DNA of 64,000 nt from an uncultured Planctomycetaceae bacterium (lineage in GTDB: Bacteria > Planctomycetota > Planctomycetia > Planctomycetales > Planctomycetaceae), in assembly GCA_963813715.1 (NCBI GenBank), contig CAWFAK010000017.1, positions 352,001-416,000 on the forward strand, written 5' to 3'. The position numbers and the translations under genes are program-made. The notes under the pieces were generated by a model. It was given only the letters and a program-made list of their open reading frames with translations. It ran no database searches and was not told the origin of the DNA. Shown one piece after another: positions 1 through 10,153 of the stretch. The stretch's first letter is position 1. Each line of letters begins with the position of its first letter.

Positions 1-331
1 GCCGCAAGGGGTAGTTGAGGAACTCCTTAGCTCCGTTGCGCATCGCCTGCAGGATGACGCTGCCTTCCGTCGAGCTGCTGACCACCAGCACGCTGCAAGT
101 CGGCAGCTCCAGGGTGATGCGGGCGACGATGGCCAGTCCCTGAGCCGGATCGGCATCCATCGCGACCAGCGCGATGTCCGGCTGGGTCTGCATCACGACG
201 TCGGTGAAGAACTCGTAGCGCGAGCACTCGGCCTCGAGCCACACCATGTCGATCCCCAGCAGCAAGTGCTTGAGTGCTGCGCGAGACGTGTCATTGGGGT
301 CGACGATCGCTAGCCTGCAAACGCTTTTCAT
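1..331 (-). CDS. cpaE: Flp/Tad pilus assembly protein CpaE/TadZ, N-terminal receiver-like domain (runs off window edge)
   Basis: Manual translation from ATG at 331: MKSVCRLAIVDPNDTSRAALKHLLLGIDMVWLEAECSRYEFFTDVVMQTQPDIALV...ILQAMRNGAKEFLNYPL. Directly downstream of cpaC. Not in the ORF track. Confidence 0.8.
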   Translation of the reverse strand, partial: MKSVCRLAIVDPNDTSRAALKHLLLGIDMVWLEAECSRYEFFTDVVMQTQPDIALVAMDADPAQGLAIVARITLELPTCSVLVVSSSTEGSVILQAMRNGAKEFLNYPLR

Positions 332-395
332 CAGAGCTGAACTCTCGGGAGGGTTTCTAACGTGTGGGTCGTGCCGTTCGGGGCCGGCACCGCAA

Positions 396-2431
396 TTACT
401 GTCCGTTGCCTCCGGCCGGCACATACAGCCCGGTTTGAGGTTCGTACAACCCATTGCGGACGCTGGAGGACGGCGTGCTCACGGGGGGCGCGCCCGCCGC
501 CGGCACACCGTACATGCCCGACGGGGAAGCGACCGGAGCCGCGGGCGCCTGCGTGCTGTACAACGCCTGAGTGGCGCCGGTCGGTGCAGGCGACGCGGAT
601 TGAGCGTTCACCTGACGCACATTCGAGTTGTGCCACCAGCTGGCCGACCCGGCCGGAGCGGCCGGAGCCTGCGGCGGAAGAGTCATGGTGGGTGCCCCCG
701 GAGCGGGCAGCGGGCCCATCGATGCCGGCGTCTGCTGAGGCGGACTGACCGAGATCGAAGTAGGCGGGTCCGGGGCGTTCATCGGACTCTGCATCATGTT
801 CGGCGCCGTGCCCATTTGAGCGGCAGGATGTTGGCCCGGGAGGGCGGGTGCCGGCGGAGCGTTCGACGTGGGCGGTGCGAATTGTTCGTGGATCGGCGGC
901 AGTTCCTGCACCGGCACCGGGCTGAACATCGGAGCCGGATGCGGTCCCATGTCGAAGTCGACGGTGGTCGGGCCGTAGTTGCCCTTGCCGGTGCCGTTCG
1001 CGTTACCGCAGCCGCTGCCGCACACGCCGCCATAGGACGGTGTCTCGAGCAGGCCGTACCAGTAGAGTTCGCGGTCGCTGGGCTGATCGGTGAACATTCC
1101 CGGGCCGCCCGGCGGCATCTGCGCGTCGCTCATGGCACCGGCGAGCACCGGCGTGACCAGGATCACGAGCTCGGTTTCCGTCGTCTGATAGCTGACTCGG
1201 CGGAAAGCCGCGCCGATGTACGGAAGTTCGCCCAAGAGCGGTGTCTTGAACGTCTGGGCGGTGTCCTGAATTTCGGTCAAGCCGCCCAGCATGAAGGTCT
1301 CGCCGAAACGCATCTCGACGGAGGTGTTGACGCGCCGCGTCGTGAGGCCGGGGACCGTCAGTCCGCCGGTCGAGACGGCGTTGGAAAAGTCTTTTTGGCT
1401 GACTTCCGGTTGCAGGTTCAGACGGACGCGGCCGTTGCCCAAGAGAATGGGCACGGCGGTCAGGCGGACGCCGAACTCTTTCCATTGAATCGTGACGGTG
1501 CCCAAGCTCTGCGGCACCAGGATGGGAAATTCACCACCGGACAGCAGGTTGGCCGGCTGGCCGTTGGTTGTCACCAGCACGGGGCTGGCGAGAATCTTGA
1601 GCAGCGACTCGGACGCCAGGGCGTCGAGAAACATTGAGAACGTGTAGTTGTTGTTGACGACGCCGCCTAAGAGCGACGGGTTGGCGGCGAAGTTCGTCGG
1701 GTTGACGGCCAGCACGGAGCCGCGGCAATGGGCGTGTTAAGCGTCGAAAGCGGCGCCAGCGCACCGGGCAAGCTGCCCAGGAAGCCAAAGTTCGTGCTTC
1801 CCAAAAAGTTGAAGCCCAGTTCGCGAAGCTTGGTCCGGTCGACTTCCAGCACCCGCACCTTCAGCTCGACTTCCTGGTCGCCGCCGACTTCCATCTGGTT
1901 GATGACGTTCGGATAGAACTCTTTGGCGATGTCCATGATTCGCGGAATGTCTTCCGGCCGCGTGACGTAGCCGCGGAGCACCACGCTGTCGCGCACGGCG
2001 ATGGCGGTGACGGCGTCGGTCGGGAAGAGGTTCTTGAGATAGGCCTGCAGGTGCCGCACGTCGCCGATGACGAACACCTCGACGGTGAACGAGGCGTTCT
2101 TCTCGTCGACGAGCACCAGCGACGTGACGCCGGGCGTCAGCGCGTGGATGCGGATCTCGTTGGGATGCAAGTCGACCTTGGTGACGTGCACGACTTCGGG
2201 ATCGAAGCCGTAGACGGTCGAGATGCGGTTCTTAAGATCGATGATCTTGGCGAACTTTTCGACGAGCCGCAGGTCGGTCTGCGGTTCGACGATGTGCACG
2301 AGCGGATCGTTGTCGACGGGCAACGGCGCCGATTCGTCCTGGGCGGCCGCGGAACGGGCAAGCCCCGCGGCGGCCAGAACGATTAACAACATCCGAAAGA
2401 ACTTCGGGCTCGACTGGGCAAACATGCGCAT
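396..2431 (-). CDS. cpaC: Tad pilus secretin CpaC/RcpA with Pro-rich C-terminal tail (frameshift near 1715)
   Basis: ORF 1667-2482 has a signal peptide, pilus-formation N domain, BON-like segment and QEVELKVRVLEVDRTKLRELG. ORF 396-1715 has the secretin core (LLSGGEFPI, KEFGVRL, TTRRVNTSVEMRFGETF, PLLGELPYIGAAFR). Confidence 0.88.
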
Positions 2432-2542
2432 CCCTGCACCTCGAGTGGCGGCTGGATCCTTGTCACGAGAACCGCGCGGCACGACCGGCTCGCGCCTGTC
2501 GCCCGCACTGTCGTCGTCACCCCCCTGTGATTCGTCCCTAGC

Positions 2543-3580
2543 TCACGCCTTCGACCCTTGGGCGTGCTGGAAGGCTTTTTGGAAGAACTCTTTCCATCCC
2601 GCGGCCGGCTTCGCGTCCCCATTCTTGGCGGGCGCGGCTGCCGGGTCCTCGGGCAGGTCCACTTGTTCTTCGCGGAGCTTGTCTCCCTCAAAGACCTTCA
2701 ACGTCCAGGTCGGCTTCTCCTTTTCCTTGACGGGTTCCGGCTTGGGTTCGGGCTTCTTGACCTCGGCAACCTTGGTCTGCTCCTTATCGAGCGCATCGCC
2801 CGCTTCGTCGCCGTCTCCGTCCTTCTTGGCTTGCCCGCGAGTTACCTTCAAATGCTCGAACGCGGTCTCGTCCACTTCCGACGGGCGGCTTTCCGAATTG
2901 TCGCCCCGATTCCGCACGGCCAGGGAGATTTGTCCCTTGGTTTTGGCCAGCATCAGCAGGACGTATTGATCGGGAGTCACCAGAACGGAAATGTTCTTGG
3001 CCGCAACCTCCTTATTCTCGCCGTTCGGAACGGCGCTCAGTCGAATATTGTCCGTGGCGAAGACCTCGATGTATTGCAGGATGGTCTTGGCCTTCTTAAT
3101 TTCTCCGGCCTGACTGTTCATTTGCCCGGCGACGTGTCGCGCGACGGTGTAGGTCGCGACGATGTCGACCCGGTCCCCCGGCAGGATGAGGCCGCTGTGC
3201 GTTTCCGTCACGGTGACGGGCACCGTGGCCACGCGCATCCCCTTGGGGATTTCGCTCGAACCGCCAAAGACCCCCTTATCGTTCAACTTGGCGATCATGA
3301 TGGGCTCGTTCGGTAACGTCGAGACCCGTAATGATCGATCCTGGTATTCTTCGGGCTTGGTGACCGCGCCCTGAGGGACGTCGTTTTTATCCCACGCCTT
3401 GAAAGCGACGTTTGAATCGTCCAGTGGCTGACCCGGCATGATGCTCGTGATGGCCACGAGCACCTTCCCGGTCTCCACCGGCGGCTTCTTGTCGCCGGAA
3501 AGAACTTGTTGCACCCCCAGCATGGCGACCAGGCCACAGCCGATCGCCATCGCTAACAAAACCAGAGATTTCATCTTCAT
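2543..3580 (-). CDS. cpaB: Flp pilus assembly protein CpaB/RcpC
   Basis: N-terminal TM helix, SAF domain, IPKGMRVATVPV...GLILPGDRVDIV, C-terminal GQISLAVR. Lies between cpaA and cpaC. Confidence 0.9.
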   Translation of the reverse strand: MKMKSLVLLAMAIGCGLVAMLGVQQVLSGDKKPPVETGKVLVAITSIMPGQPLDDSNVAFKAWDKNDVPQGAVTKPEEYQDRSLRVSTLPNEPIMIAKLNDKGVFGGSSEIPKGMRVATVPVTVTETHSGLILPGDRVDIVATYTVARHVAGQMNSQAGEIKKAKTILQYIEVFATDNIRLSAVPNGENKEVAAKNISVLVTPDQYVLLMLAKTKGQISLAVRNRGDNSESRPSEVDETAFEHLKVTRGQAKKDGDGDEAGDALDKEQTKVAEVKKPEPKPEPVKEKEKPTWTLKVFEGDKLREEQVDLPEDPAAAPAKNGDAKPAAGWKEFFQKAFQHAQGSKA

Positions 3581-4016
3581 CTGCGGAGCTCCTGGATCGC
3601 CTCGTGGCGAGCAGCTTTCCGTCGTTTGGCCCAACCGCTTTGCGGACTGCCGCCGGTTGTTCACCGGCAGGCCACCGCGAGCCGCCGCAACGAAGGATCC
3701 AGGGTTTGGGCCGTCGGTGACGGCACCAAAACCGCATCACCTTCTTCATCGGCACCGGTCCGGTAAGACCTTCAGCCTTTAACGACAATATCGATCGGAA
3801 TGGCTGTTCGGGCCTTAACGGCTGTAGCGTCTGGACCTTGCGGCCTGTGCCGGTTCGAGCGGTCACACCGACTCGGCCGGCTCGGGCTGTGGGGGGATTG
3901 CTGTCTGCCTCGCCTCAAGTCCTTTTTTGAGATGTTTTGAAAACCGTCACCACTTAACCGCGACGTCCGCGCTTTGACCCGGCGGGCCGGAGCCGGACGT
4001 CGGCCCAAAAAATCGC

Positions 4017-4568
4017 TTAGATCATTCCCTCGTAGAAGAAGTAGGCGATCGAGCCGACGCAGATCGGAATTCCGTACGGCAGCAGGAGCATCTTGGGTTT
4101 CCGTTCCGCGGCAATCCGCGATAACTCCCGCGGATTCTTGATGGTCATCCATTCCGAGAGGATCATCAGCAGTTGTGCATAATGCTTGTCGAAGGCTTTC
4201 CGCCAGAGGACCATCGCGACGGCCATTACGGCCCCGACGACGGTCGAAACGCAAAAGGCGTAAAAGGTTGTGGTCGCACCCAGCCAGGCGCCGACGCCGG
4301 CCAACAGCTTGACGTCGCCCGCGCCCATGCCCCCCACCGCGTAGAGCGGCAACAGGCAGGCCAGGCCCACCGCCATGCCCAACAGTCCGTCACCCAGCCC
4401 CGTCCAACCGCCGGCCCACGCACTGTAAATCAGGCCGGAGCCGACCATCGAAAAGGTCAGCCAGTTGGGGACGCGGAGCTGTTTGCCGTCGATATAGGCG
4501 GCCAGAATCAGCAGCCCGCAGACCAGGCGCACGGGCCAGTTCGTAAAGACATCTTGGGACCAATCCAT
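4017..4568 (-). CDS. cpaA: Prepilin peptidase CpaA/TadV (peptidase A24)
   Basis: AAYIDGKQLRVPNWLT, GGMGAGDVKLLA and LPYGIPICVG motifs; hydrophobic overall. Confidence 0.9.
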   Translation of the reverse strand: MDWSQDVFTNWPVRLVCGLLILAAYIDGKQLRVPNWLTFSMVGSGLIYSAWAGGWTGLGDGLLGMAVGLACLLPLYAVGGMGAGDVKLLAGVGAWLGATTTFYAFCVSTVVGAVMAVAMVLWRKAFDKHYAQLLMILSEWMTIKNPRELSRIAAERKPKMLLLPYGIPICVGSIAYFFYEGMI

Positions 4569-4641
4569 GATTCCTTCGCACCTTTCTGTGACGAGTGATT
4601 GCTGCAGGAGGGAAAGCGGCATCATCCGCCGCGGAGGGTCG

Positions 4642-4761
4642 CTATTGCGGGCGGCCCGGAGTCGTCACCAAGAATCCCGTCATCCAACAGACGATGGCCA
4701 CAAACATGGCCGAAATCTGCAGCCAGGCCGAAAGCGGTACGTCGGACCAGAACGGGAACAT
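4642..4761 (-). CDS. Putative 39-aa membrane peptide upstream of cpaA
   Basis: MFPFWSDVPLSAWLQISAMFVAIVCWMTGFLVTTPGRPQ: one TM segment, co-oriented with the tad genes. Confidence 0.35.
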   Translation of the reverse strand: MFPFWSDVPLSAWLQISAMFVAIVCWMTGFLVTTPGRPQ

Positions 4762-5116
4762 GGGTCGCCCCAGGAACAAGCCAGTGGATCCGGAGAGCCA
4801 AGAGCCGATTCGGACACAGGCGGTTGCTCTGGAAGTCTCCGGAGAGCGCCGATCCGACGAACTCAAGGCGCCGGGCTACGAAAACGTAGGCCACGGGGGT
4901 CGACAGTCAAGCATCACGCGGCCGAACCGCGCGGTTTTTCAGCGAACGAGCGCCGTATCGATCACGCGGATAGGTTGCGAAATGGGAACCGCGTACAAAG
5001 ACCCGGCCGCGCCCGCGGCTTGTTCCGATTTTTCAACATCGACCGGTCGACGCGAACGCGCGGCCGGAACGCTCATTACGAGCGGCAAATCGGCGCCAGT
5101 CGCTGCGGTGAAAGGC

Positions 5117-5239
5117 CCCTCACCCTGCCCTTTTCCCACCGGAATGAGGCGAGGGTGTTGTCGTCGGGACTCTCCTTCCCCTCTCCCATTCTGGTGGGAG
5201 AGGGCCGGCCTGCGACGAGCTCAGTCGAGTCGGTGAGGG
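5117..5239. repeat. REP/REPIN-like inverted doublet (CCCTCACCC...GAGGG family) with a short insertion in the second copy
   Basis: 5117-5155 CCCTCACCCTGCCCTTTTCCCACCGGAATGAGGCGAGGG is matched in reverse complement by 5179-5239, which is interrupted at about 5208-5231 by GCCTGCGACGAGCTCAGTCGAGTC. Confidence 0.75.
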
Positions 5240-5276
5240 CGGATTTTTTCCCCGATATCGCGCTCGACGCGAAGCG

Positions 5277-6743
5277 TTACGCCAGCTGACTCTCCGACGG
5301 CACGACGAACGGCTTACGATAGTCGCGCGTGAGCATTGCGCTCGCGTCGGACGCCGAGTCGCCGATGAAGGTCTCGCTCGCCGGGTTGATCGTCAGCTTC
5401 TTGCCGAAGCGGACCAGCTTCGAGTCTTTGATGGACACGTCGTTGTACCAGAGGTGCTCCTGGAAGCGATCGAAGGTGTCCCACTCTTCCGTGTCGCTGC
5501 CGAGGCGCTCGGCGGCTTCGTGGCCGCTCACCGGTTTGCCGAGTCGGTACGAGATGTTCGCCAGGTGGCACAGCGCGCTCGACAAGTGACCCTCGAGCAC
5601 TTCGCCGTTGAGATCCGACGAGCGTCCGCTGCGGACCGCTTTGATGAAGTTGCCAAAATGGCTTGCGCTGCCGCGGAAGCTCTTGATCGGCTGGTGCTTG
5701 AGGTCGAAGGCCACGCCACTGGAATAGCTGGGGGCGACCACGTAGCCGTTTGTGCCGTAAAAGATCACGCCAATCGCGGCGCCGCGCAACGGCGGAGTTT
5801 TCAATCCGCGGACTTCAAACACGAGCCGCTTGCCGTTCGAATATTCGTGGATCGAAACCTGAGTGTTGGCCGTTTCGCCCGCATCCTCGTAACCCAGTCT
5901 GCCGCCGTAACTGAGCACGCTGTTGCCGATGTCGTGCACGCCGAGACCCCAACGGGCCAGATCCATCTGATGGATGCCCTGGTTGCCCAGGTCGCCGTTG
6001 CCGTAGTCCCACATCCAGTGCCAGTCGTAGTGCAGACTCTTGCGGGTGAGCGGTTTGATCTGCGCGGGACCCGACCACAAGTCGAAATCGACCGACTTGG
6101 GAATCGGATAGTCGCCCTTGGGGCCGATCGAGGGGCGGTGCTTGTAGCAGAGTCCGCGGGCCAGCTTCACTTCGCCGATCTGGTTGCTTTGGACGAAATT
6201 CATCAACTCGCGCATGCCCGGATTGCTGCGGCACTGCATGCCGGCCTGGCACAGTCGCTCGTGTTTGCGGGCGGTCTGCACGAGGCGGCGACCTTCGCTG
6301 ACGTTGTGGCTCACCGGCTTCTCGACGTAGACATGTTTCCCCGCTTGCAGCGCCCAGATCGCGGCCAGCGAATGCCAGTGGTTGGGCGTGGCGATGGAGA
6401 CGGCGTCAATCCGCTTGTCCTCGAGCATTTTGCGGAGGTCACGGTAGAAAACGGGAGCTTTGTCCGTTCGTCGCTTGATCTGCTCGACCCCCTTCTTACC
6501 GACTTCTTCATCGACGTCGACGATCGCGACGACTTCGACATCGTGCATGCGGCCGAACTCGTCCAAGTGCTCCCGTCCCCGGCCGCGGACACCGATGCAC
6601 GCCATTCGCACCTTCTCGTTGGGGCTCGCCGAGGCTTTGGCCGTGTCCTCGGAGCGGACCCGGCTCGTTTCGCGGGCCAAGACAGTGGCTGCAGCAGCAA
6701 ACAAAGATTTCTCGAGAAAGTCCCGGCGAGTGGTCATGAGCAT
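5277..6743 (-). CDS. Gfo/Idh/MocA family oxidoreductase with Tat signal
   Basis: TTRRDFLEKS twin-arginine motif; IGVRGRG; DAVSIATPNHWH; GKHVYVEKP; GDLGNQGIHQMD. Confidence 0.92.
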   Translation of the reverse strand: MLMTTRRDFLEKSLFAAAATVLARETSRVRSEDTAKASASPNEKVRMACIGVRGRGREHLDEFGRMHDVEVVAIVDVDEEVGKKGVEQIKRRTDKAPVFYRDLRKMLEDKRIDAVSIATPNHWHSLAAIWALQAGKHVYVEKPVSHNVSEGRRLVQTARKHERLCQAGMQCRSNPGMRELMNFVQSNQIGEVKLARGLCYKHRPSIGPKGDYPIPKSVDFDLWSGPAQIKPLTRKSLHYDWHWMWDYGNGDLGNQGIHQMDLARWGLGVHDIGNSVLSYGGRLGYEDAGETANTQVSIHEYSNGKRLVFEVRGLKTPPLRGAAIGVIFYGTNGYVVAPSYSSGVAFDLKHQPIKSFRGSASHFGNFIKAVRSGRSSDLNGEVLEGHLSSALCHLANISYRLGKPVSGHEAAERLGSDTEEWDTFDRFQEHLWYNDVSIKDSKLVRFGKKLTINPASETFIGDSASDASAMLTRDYRKPFVVPSESQLA

Positions 6744-6928
6744 CTCCGGTGAGCTGAGTGGGGAGTCTGGAACCCCCGAGTGGATTCGACGGCGCCGCGC
6801 GGCAGCGGCGGGCATGGCGGGCTCGACGCACGATCACTGCCCTCACGATACAAATCCGCGCCGAGTCGGACAACACAGGGCCGCGCCAAGAATCTGCCCG
6901 CGCGAGAACTTGTCGGCAGCACCCGGGG

Positions 6929-8159
6929 CTACGCGGCCCGCACCGTACCATGGACGAACTGCGCGGCTTCCAGAAACAGGCAGCGCGAGTCGTTCTTGAG
7001 CAGCCGCCGCACTTCCGTCTCGTTGGAGACGGGGGTGAGAAACAGCTCATCGACCACGTCGTCGGCCAGGCCGCTCAAGAGGTAGATCTGGGCCCAATCG
7101 GCGGCGGAGGCGAGCTGTGTCGCGCAGACCAGGTCGGGCGGCGCCTGCTTGCGCAAAGGACGGATCGCGTCGCGGACGTTTTCGCTGGAACGAATGAGTT
7201 CCAGGCCCTGCGGCAACTCGGCCACGAGGTCGGAGAGAATCACGATCTTGCCGCCTCGCGCCACGAGGCTGCGACCGACGTCGGCGGCCGCCCCCAACTG
7301 CTCCCACGCGTGCAGTCCGCTCTCATGATCGATGGCGGCGATCACCACGTCCGGCCGCTCGTTCACTTCGATGTGCCACTGTTTGGTGAGCACCTTCTTG
7401 CCCTCGGCGAACACGGGGTCGCAAACACCGGCTAGCACGCGCGACACGCCGTTGGTCGCCGCCGGGATGACTTGAATGGCGAACGGATTGCCCAAGAGCC
7501 AGCCGATCTCGTCGATCAGCTCGCGAAGCGGCCGCGATTCGTCGGGCCCCAGCTCGACGTGCCCCTGCCCCTGGGTCTTCAGCATGGCGTCGGCCGACGA
7601 CAGCCCGGGATAAAAGACACTGTTGGTCCCCCGGTAGCCGATCAGCGGATCGAAAGCGATCGAGCCGGCGGTGATCAGGAAGTCGGCATCGACCACCTCG
7701 CGGGCCATGTAAACGCGATCGCCCGTGGCCGTCGAGGCCAGGTAGACGCAGCTGTCTTTGCGCGTCGGGTCGTGCAGAATCCAGCGGGCCTGCGCGGACG
7801 TCTTCGGGCAGCTCGGCGCGGGGGTCCGGTAGCTGTGACTCGAGCCGCGAGGCCGGCTGAATCACCGTGAATTTTTCCGCTTCGATGCCTCGCGGCGCCA
7901 ACACCTCCCAAATGCCGGCGACGACCCCTGCCGCGCCCGGCGTGTATCGGTCAAGGGCGACGGTGATGCGGTCGCCGGGAATTACGGCCTGTTCGATCGA
8001 CGGATACTCCATCGGCGCGCGGAGGGCGGCGAGCAGCTCCTCTTTATATTGAGAGTTCGGCCGCGGCGCCGCGTGCTCGGCAACAAGTCGGTCGCTCTCG
8101 ATTTCGCATTCGAAACGCTGGTCGTTGCCGTAAGACAAGACCACGTGCTTGGATGGCAC
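6929..8159 (-). CDS. Lactate racemase (LarA/DUF2088)-like protein (frameshift near 7790)
   Basis: N-half has ALRAPMEYPSIEQAVIPGDRITVALD; C-half has YMAREVVDADFLITAG...GYRGTNSVFYPGLS and ARGGKIVILS. Confidence 0.72.
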
Positions 8160-8293
8160 AACATCGCTCCTTCCGGGACGGGTTATGGTAGAATCGCCGC
8201 ACGGAGACAGTCAACGCGGTTGGTTGCGCGAGCTGTCGCTCCGCGTGTGGTCGAACTCGATGCTCGAACGGATCCGCTTGGGTTGAACGTCTC

Positions 8294-8939
8294 GTGCCGC
8301 AAATGACCGATGACGACCAGCTCATGGTGCGGATGCAGGCGGGCGACGCGACCGCCTTCAACGAGCTGGTCGAGCGCTACCAGGGCCCCCTGATCGGGTT
8401 TTTCTTTCGCAACATTCGCGACCGGCAACTCTGCGAGGATCTGACGCAGGAGACGCTCCTGCGGGTCTTCAACCAGTCGTGGGATTATCTTCCTTCCGGC
8501 CGTTTCCGCGGCTGGATCTATCGCATCGCTCGCAACTTGCTGATTGACAGCGTGCGGCGCCAGTCGCACGACGCACTCGTGCATGCCTTCACTCGCACTC
8601 ACGACGGTGAGTCCGACGCGATCAACCGGCTCACCGCGAATATCGCGCCGCCCGAAGAGCTGGCCGACCAACGCGAGCTGGCGCGGATTGTCGACGAGTT
8701 GTTGCAATCGCTCCCCGCCGATCAGCGGCTCACCTTCACCATGCACCATTATTCCGGGCTGCCGCTTTCCGAAGTAGCGTCGGCGATGGATACGAGCCTG
8801 CCCACCTGCAAAAGCCGCTTGCGTCTGGCGCGGGAAAAGCTGCGGCAGAAGCTGCGCGAGCGCGGCCTGACGGTGCGCGAGTCGATCGCCTCAAACGAAG
8901 ACGACCTGGCTGATTCCGGTGGAAGAAACCACCGGTTGA
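8294..8939 (+). CDS. ECF (sigma-70 family) RNA polymerase sigma factor
   Basis: DDQLMVRMQAGDATAFNELVERY, EDLTQETLLRV, FRGWIYRIARNLLID, and region 4 EVASAMDTSLPTCKSRLRLAREKLR. The read-through to 9775 is probably a frameshift artefact; likely stop is TGA at 8937-8939. Confidence 0.88.
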
Positions 8940-9007
8940 CTGCGGTGAGCCGATTCGAGCGGCGACTCCAAGTTGAATCGCCGCATCCAAGTCGAACCGC
9001 GGGCGTG

Positions 9008-9769
9008 TTACTTGGCGTTCGTCGCCGTGACGACGTGGTCCTCCGGGTCGGTCGTGAGGATCAGCCCGCGGAACTGGACTTCTTGGGCCACCTTGTTCTG
9101 GTGCAGTTGCAGCCCAATCGGGCCGGCCTGACAGAGCTCCGGCTTAGGGTCGGTCCAGTCGGCGGCGAGCGTGCCGTTAATCACGAAGCGAATGCGGTCG
9201 CCGATCGCCAGGATCTCCATCCGGTTCCAGTCATGCTGTTTGCCGGCCCGCTTCGCGGCCTGGCCCTTGTCCTGGTAAATCATGTTGCGGCCGTAGAGGT
9301 CGTAGAAACCATAGCCCGAGGGGAACATCACGAGGTGTCCCTGGTAGCTGAACGGGTCGCCCCCTTTCTCGACCGTCTTGCCCCAGAGCGCGATCCCCGA
9401 GTGCATTTCGCTCGTGACGAGCCGCGCCTCGAAGATCAGCCGAAAGTTGCGGTACTTCTGCGGCGTCACCAGATACGTGCTGAACGCCGGGCCGTTCGCT
9501 TTCGAGTTGCGACCGACGATGGCCCCCTGCTCGACCGACCAGTACTTGCCGATCTGACCTTCCCAGTTCGTGAGATCGACTCCGTTGAAGAGATGCACCG
9601 GCTTCTCGCTCGCTGGCAACTTGGCGATCTGCTGCGACGACCAATCGCCACTCGGAGCGTCCGCGGCGCTGGCGGACCGAGTCGACAGCACGCACGCCGA
9701 CGCGCACACCGCGACCAGGGTGAATCCGAGCAGAGATGGCGTCGACGTATGACGGGTTCGAGCTTGCAT
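9008..9769 (-). CDS. DUF1080 (3-keto-disaccharide hydrolase-like) secreted protein
   Basis: Signal peptide; LFNGVDLTNW; YRNFRLIFE; WNRMEI; GPIGLQLH...VQFRGL. Confidence 0.9.
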   Translation of the reverse strand: MQARTRHTSTPSLLGFTLVAVCASACVLSTRSASAADAPSGDWSSQQIAKLPASEKPVHLFNGVDLTNWEGQIGKYWSVEQGAIVGRNSKANGPAFSTYLVTPQKYRNFRLIFEARLVTSEMHSGIALWGKTVEKGGDPFSYQGHLVMFPSGYGFYDLYGRNMIYQDKGQAAKRAGKQHDWNRMEILAIGDRIRFVINGTLAADWTDPKPELCQAGPIGLQLHQNKVAQEVQFRGLILTTDPEDHVVTATNAK

Positions 9770-10153
9770 GAGTGATCTCCAGTTCCAACACAGCGCGAGG
9801 TCGGTCTGCAGCCAGTCCGTGGGTCACGATCGGGTGAGCCACATTCAGAGGAGCGAATCGCATCATAACGCGGTGCCCACCGTCCGTCGTCGGTCCGAGC
9901 GCCCCTGACACGTCGCGTCTGCCCGACAACAAATCTCTCGGAACTTGGCGAATCGCGGGAAAGACTAACGGTCAGCTGGACCGCGTCCCCGCCCGTGAAG
10001 TCGATCCAATTGCCCCATCTTCTGCCTCCCCTTTTCGTTCCGTCTTCGCTTCAAGTGGTCCGATCATCGCTGTCGATACCGAACAGGGGGGCGCCGTCGG
10101 ACTGCTTTTAGGCAGGCGCGGTTGGTCCCGACTGGTGTCGAAGGACCGCGCCA

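Noticed and set aside
3600..4010. c-di-GMP riboswitch or ncRNA between cpaA and cpaB
   Set aside because: Only a small GNRA-type hairpin is visible; the conserved riboswitch core was not recognised.
8294..9775. 493-aa extended ECF sigma factor
   Set aside because: The extension is antisense to the DUF1080 gene and is best explained by a frameshift that removed the stop.
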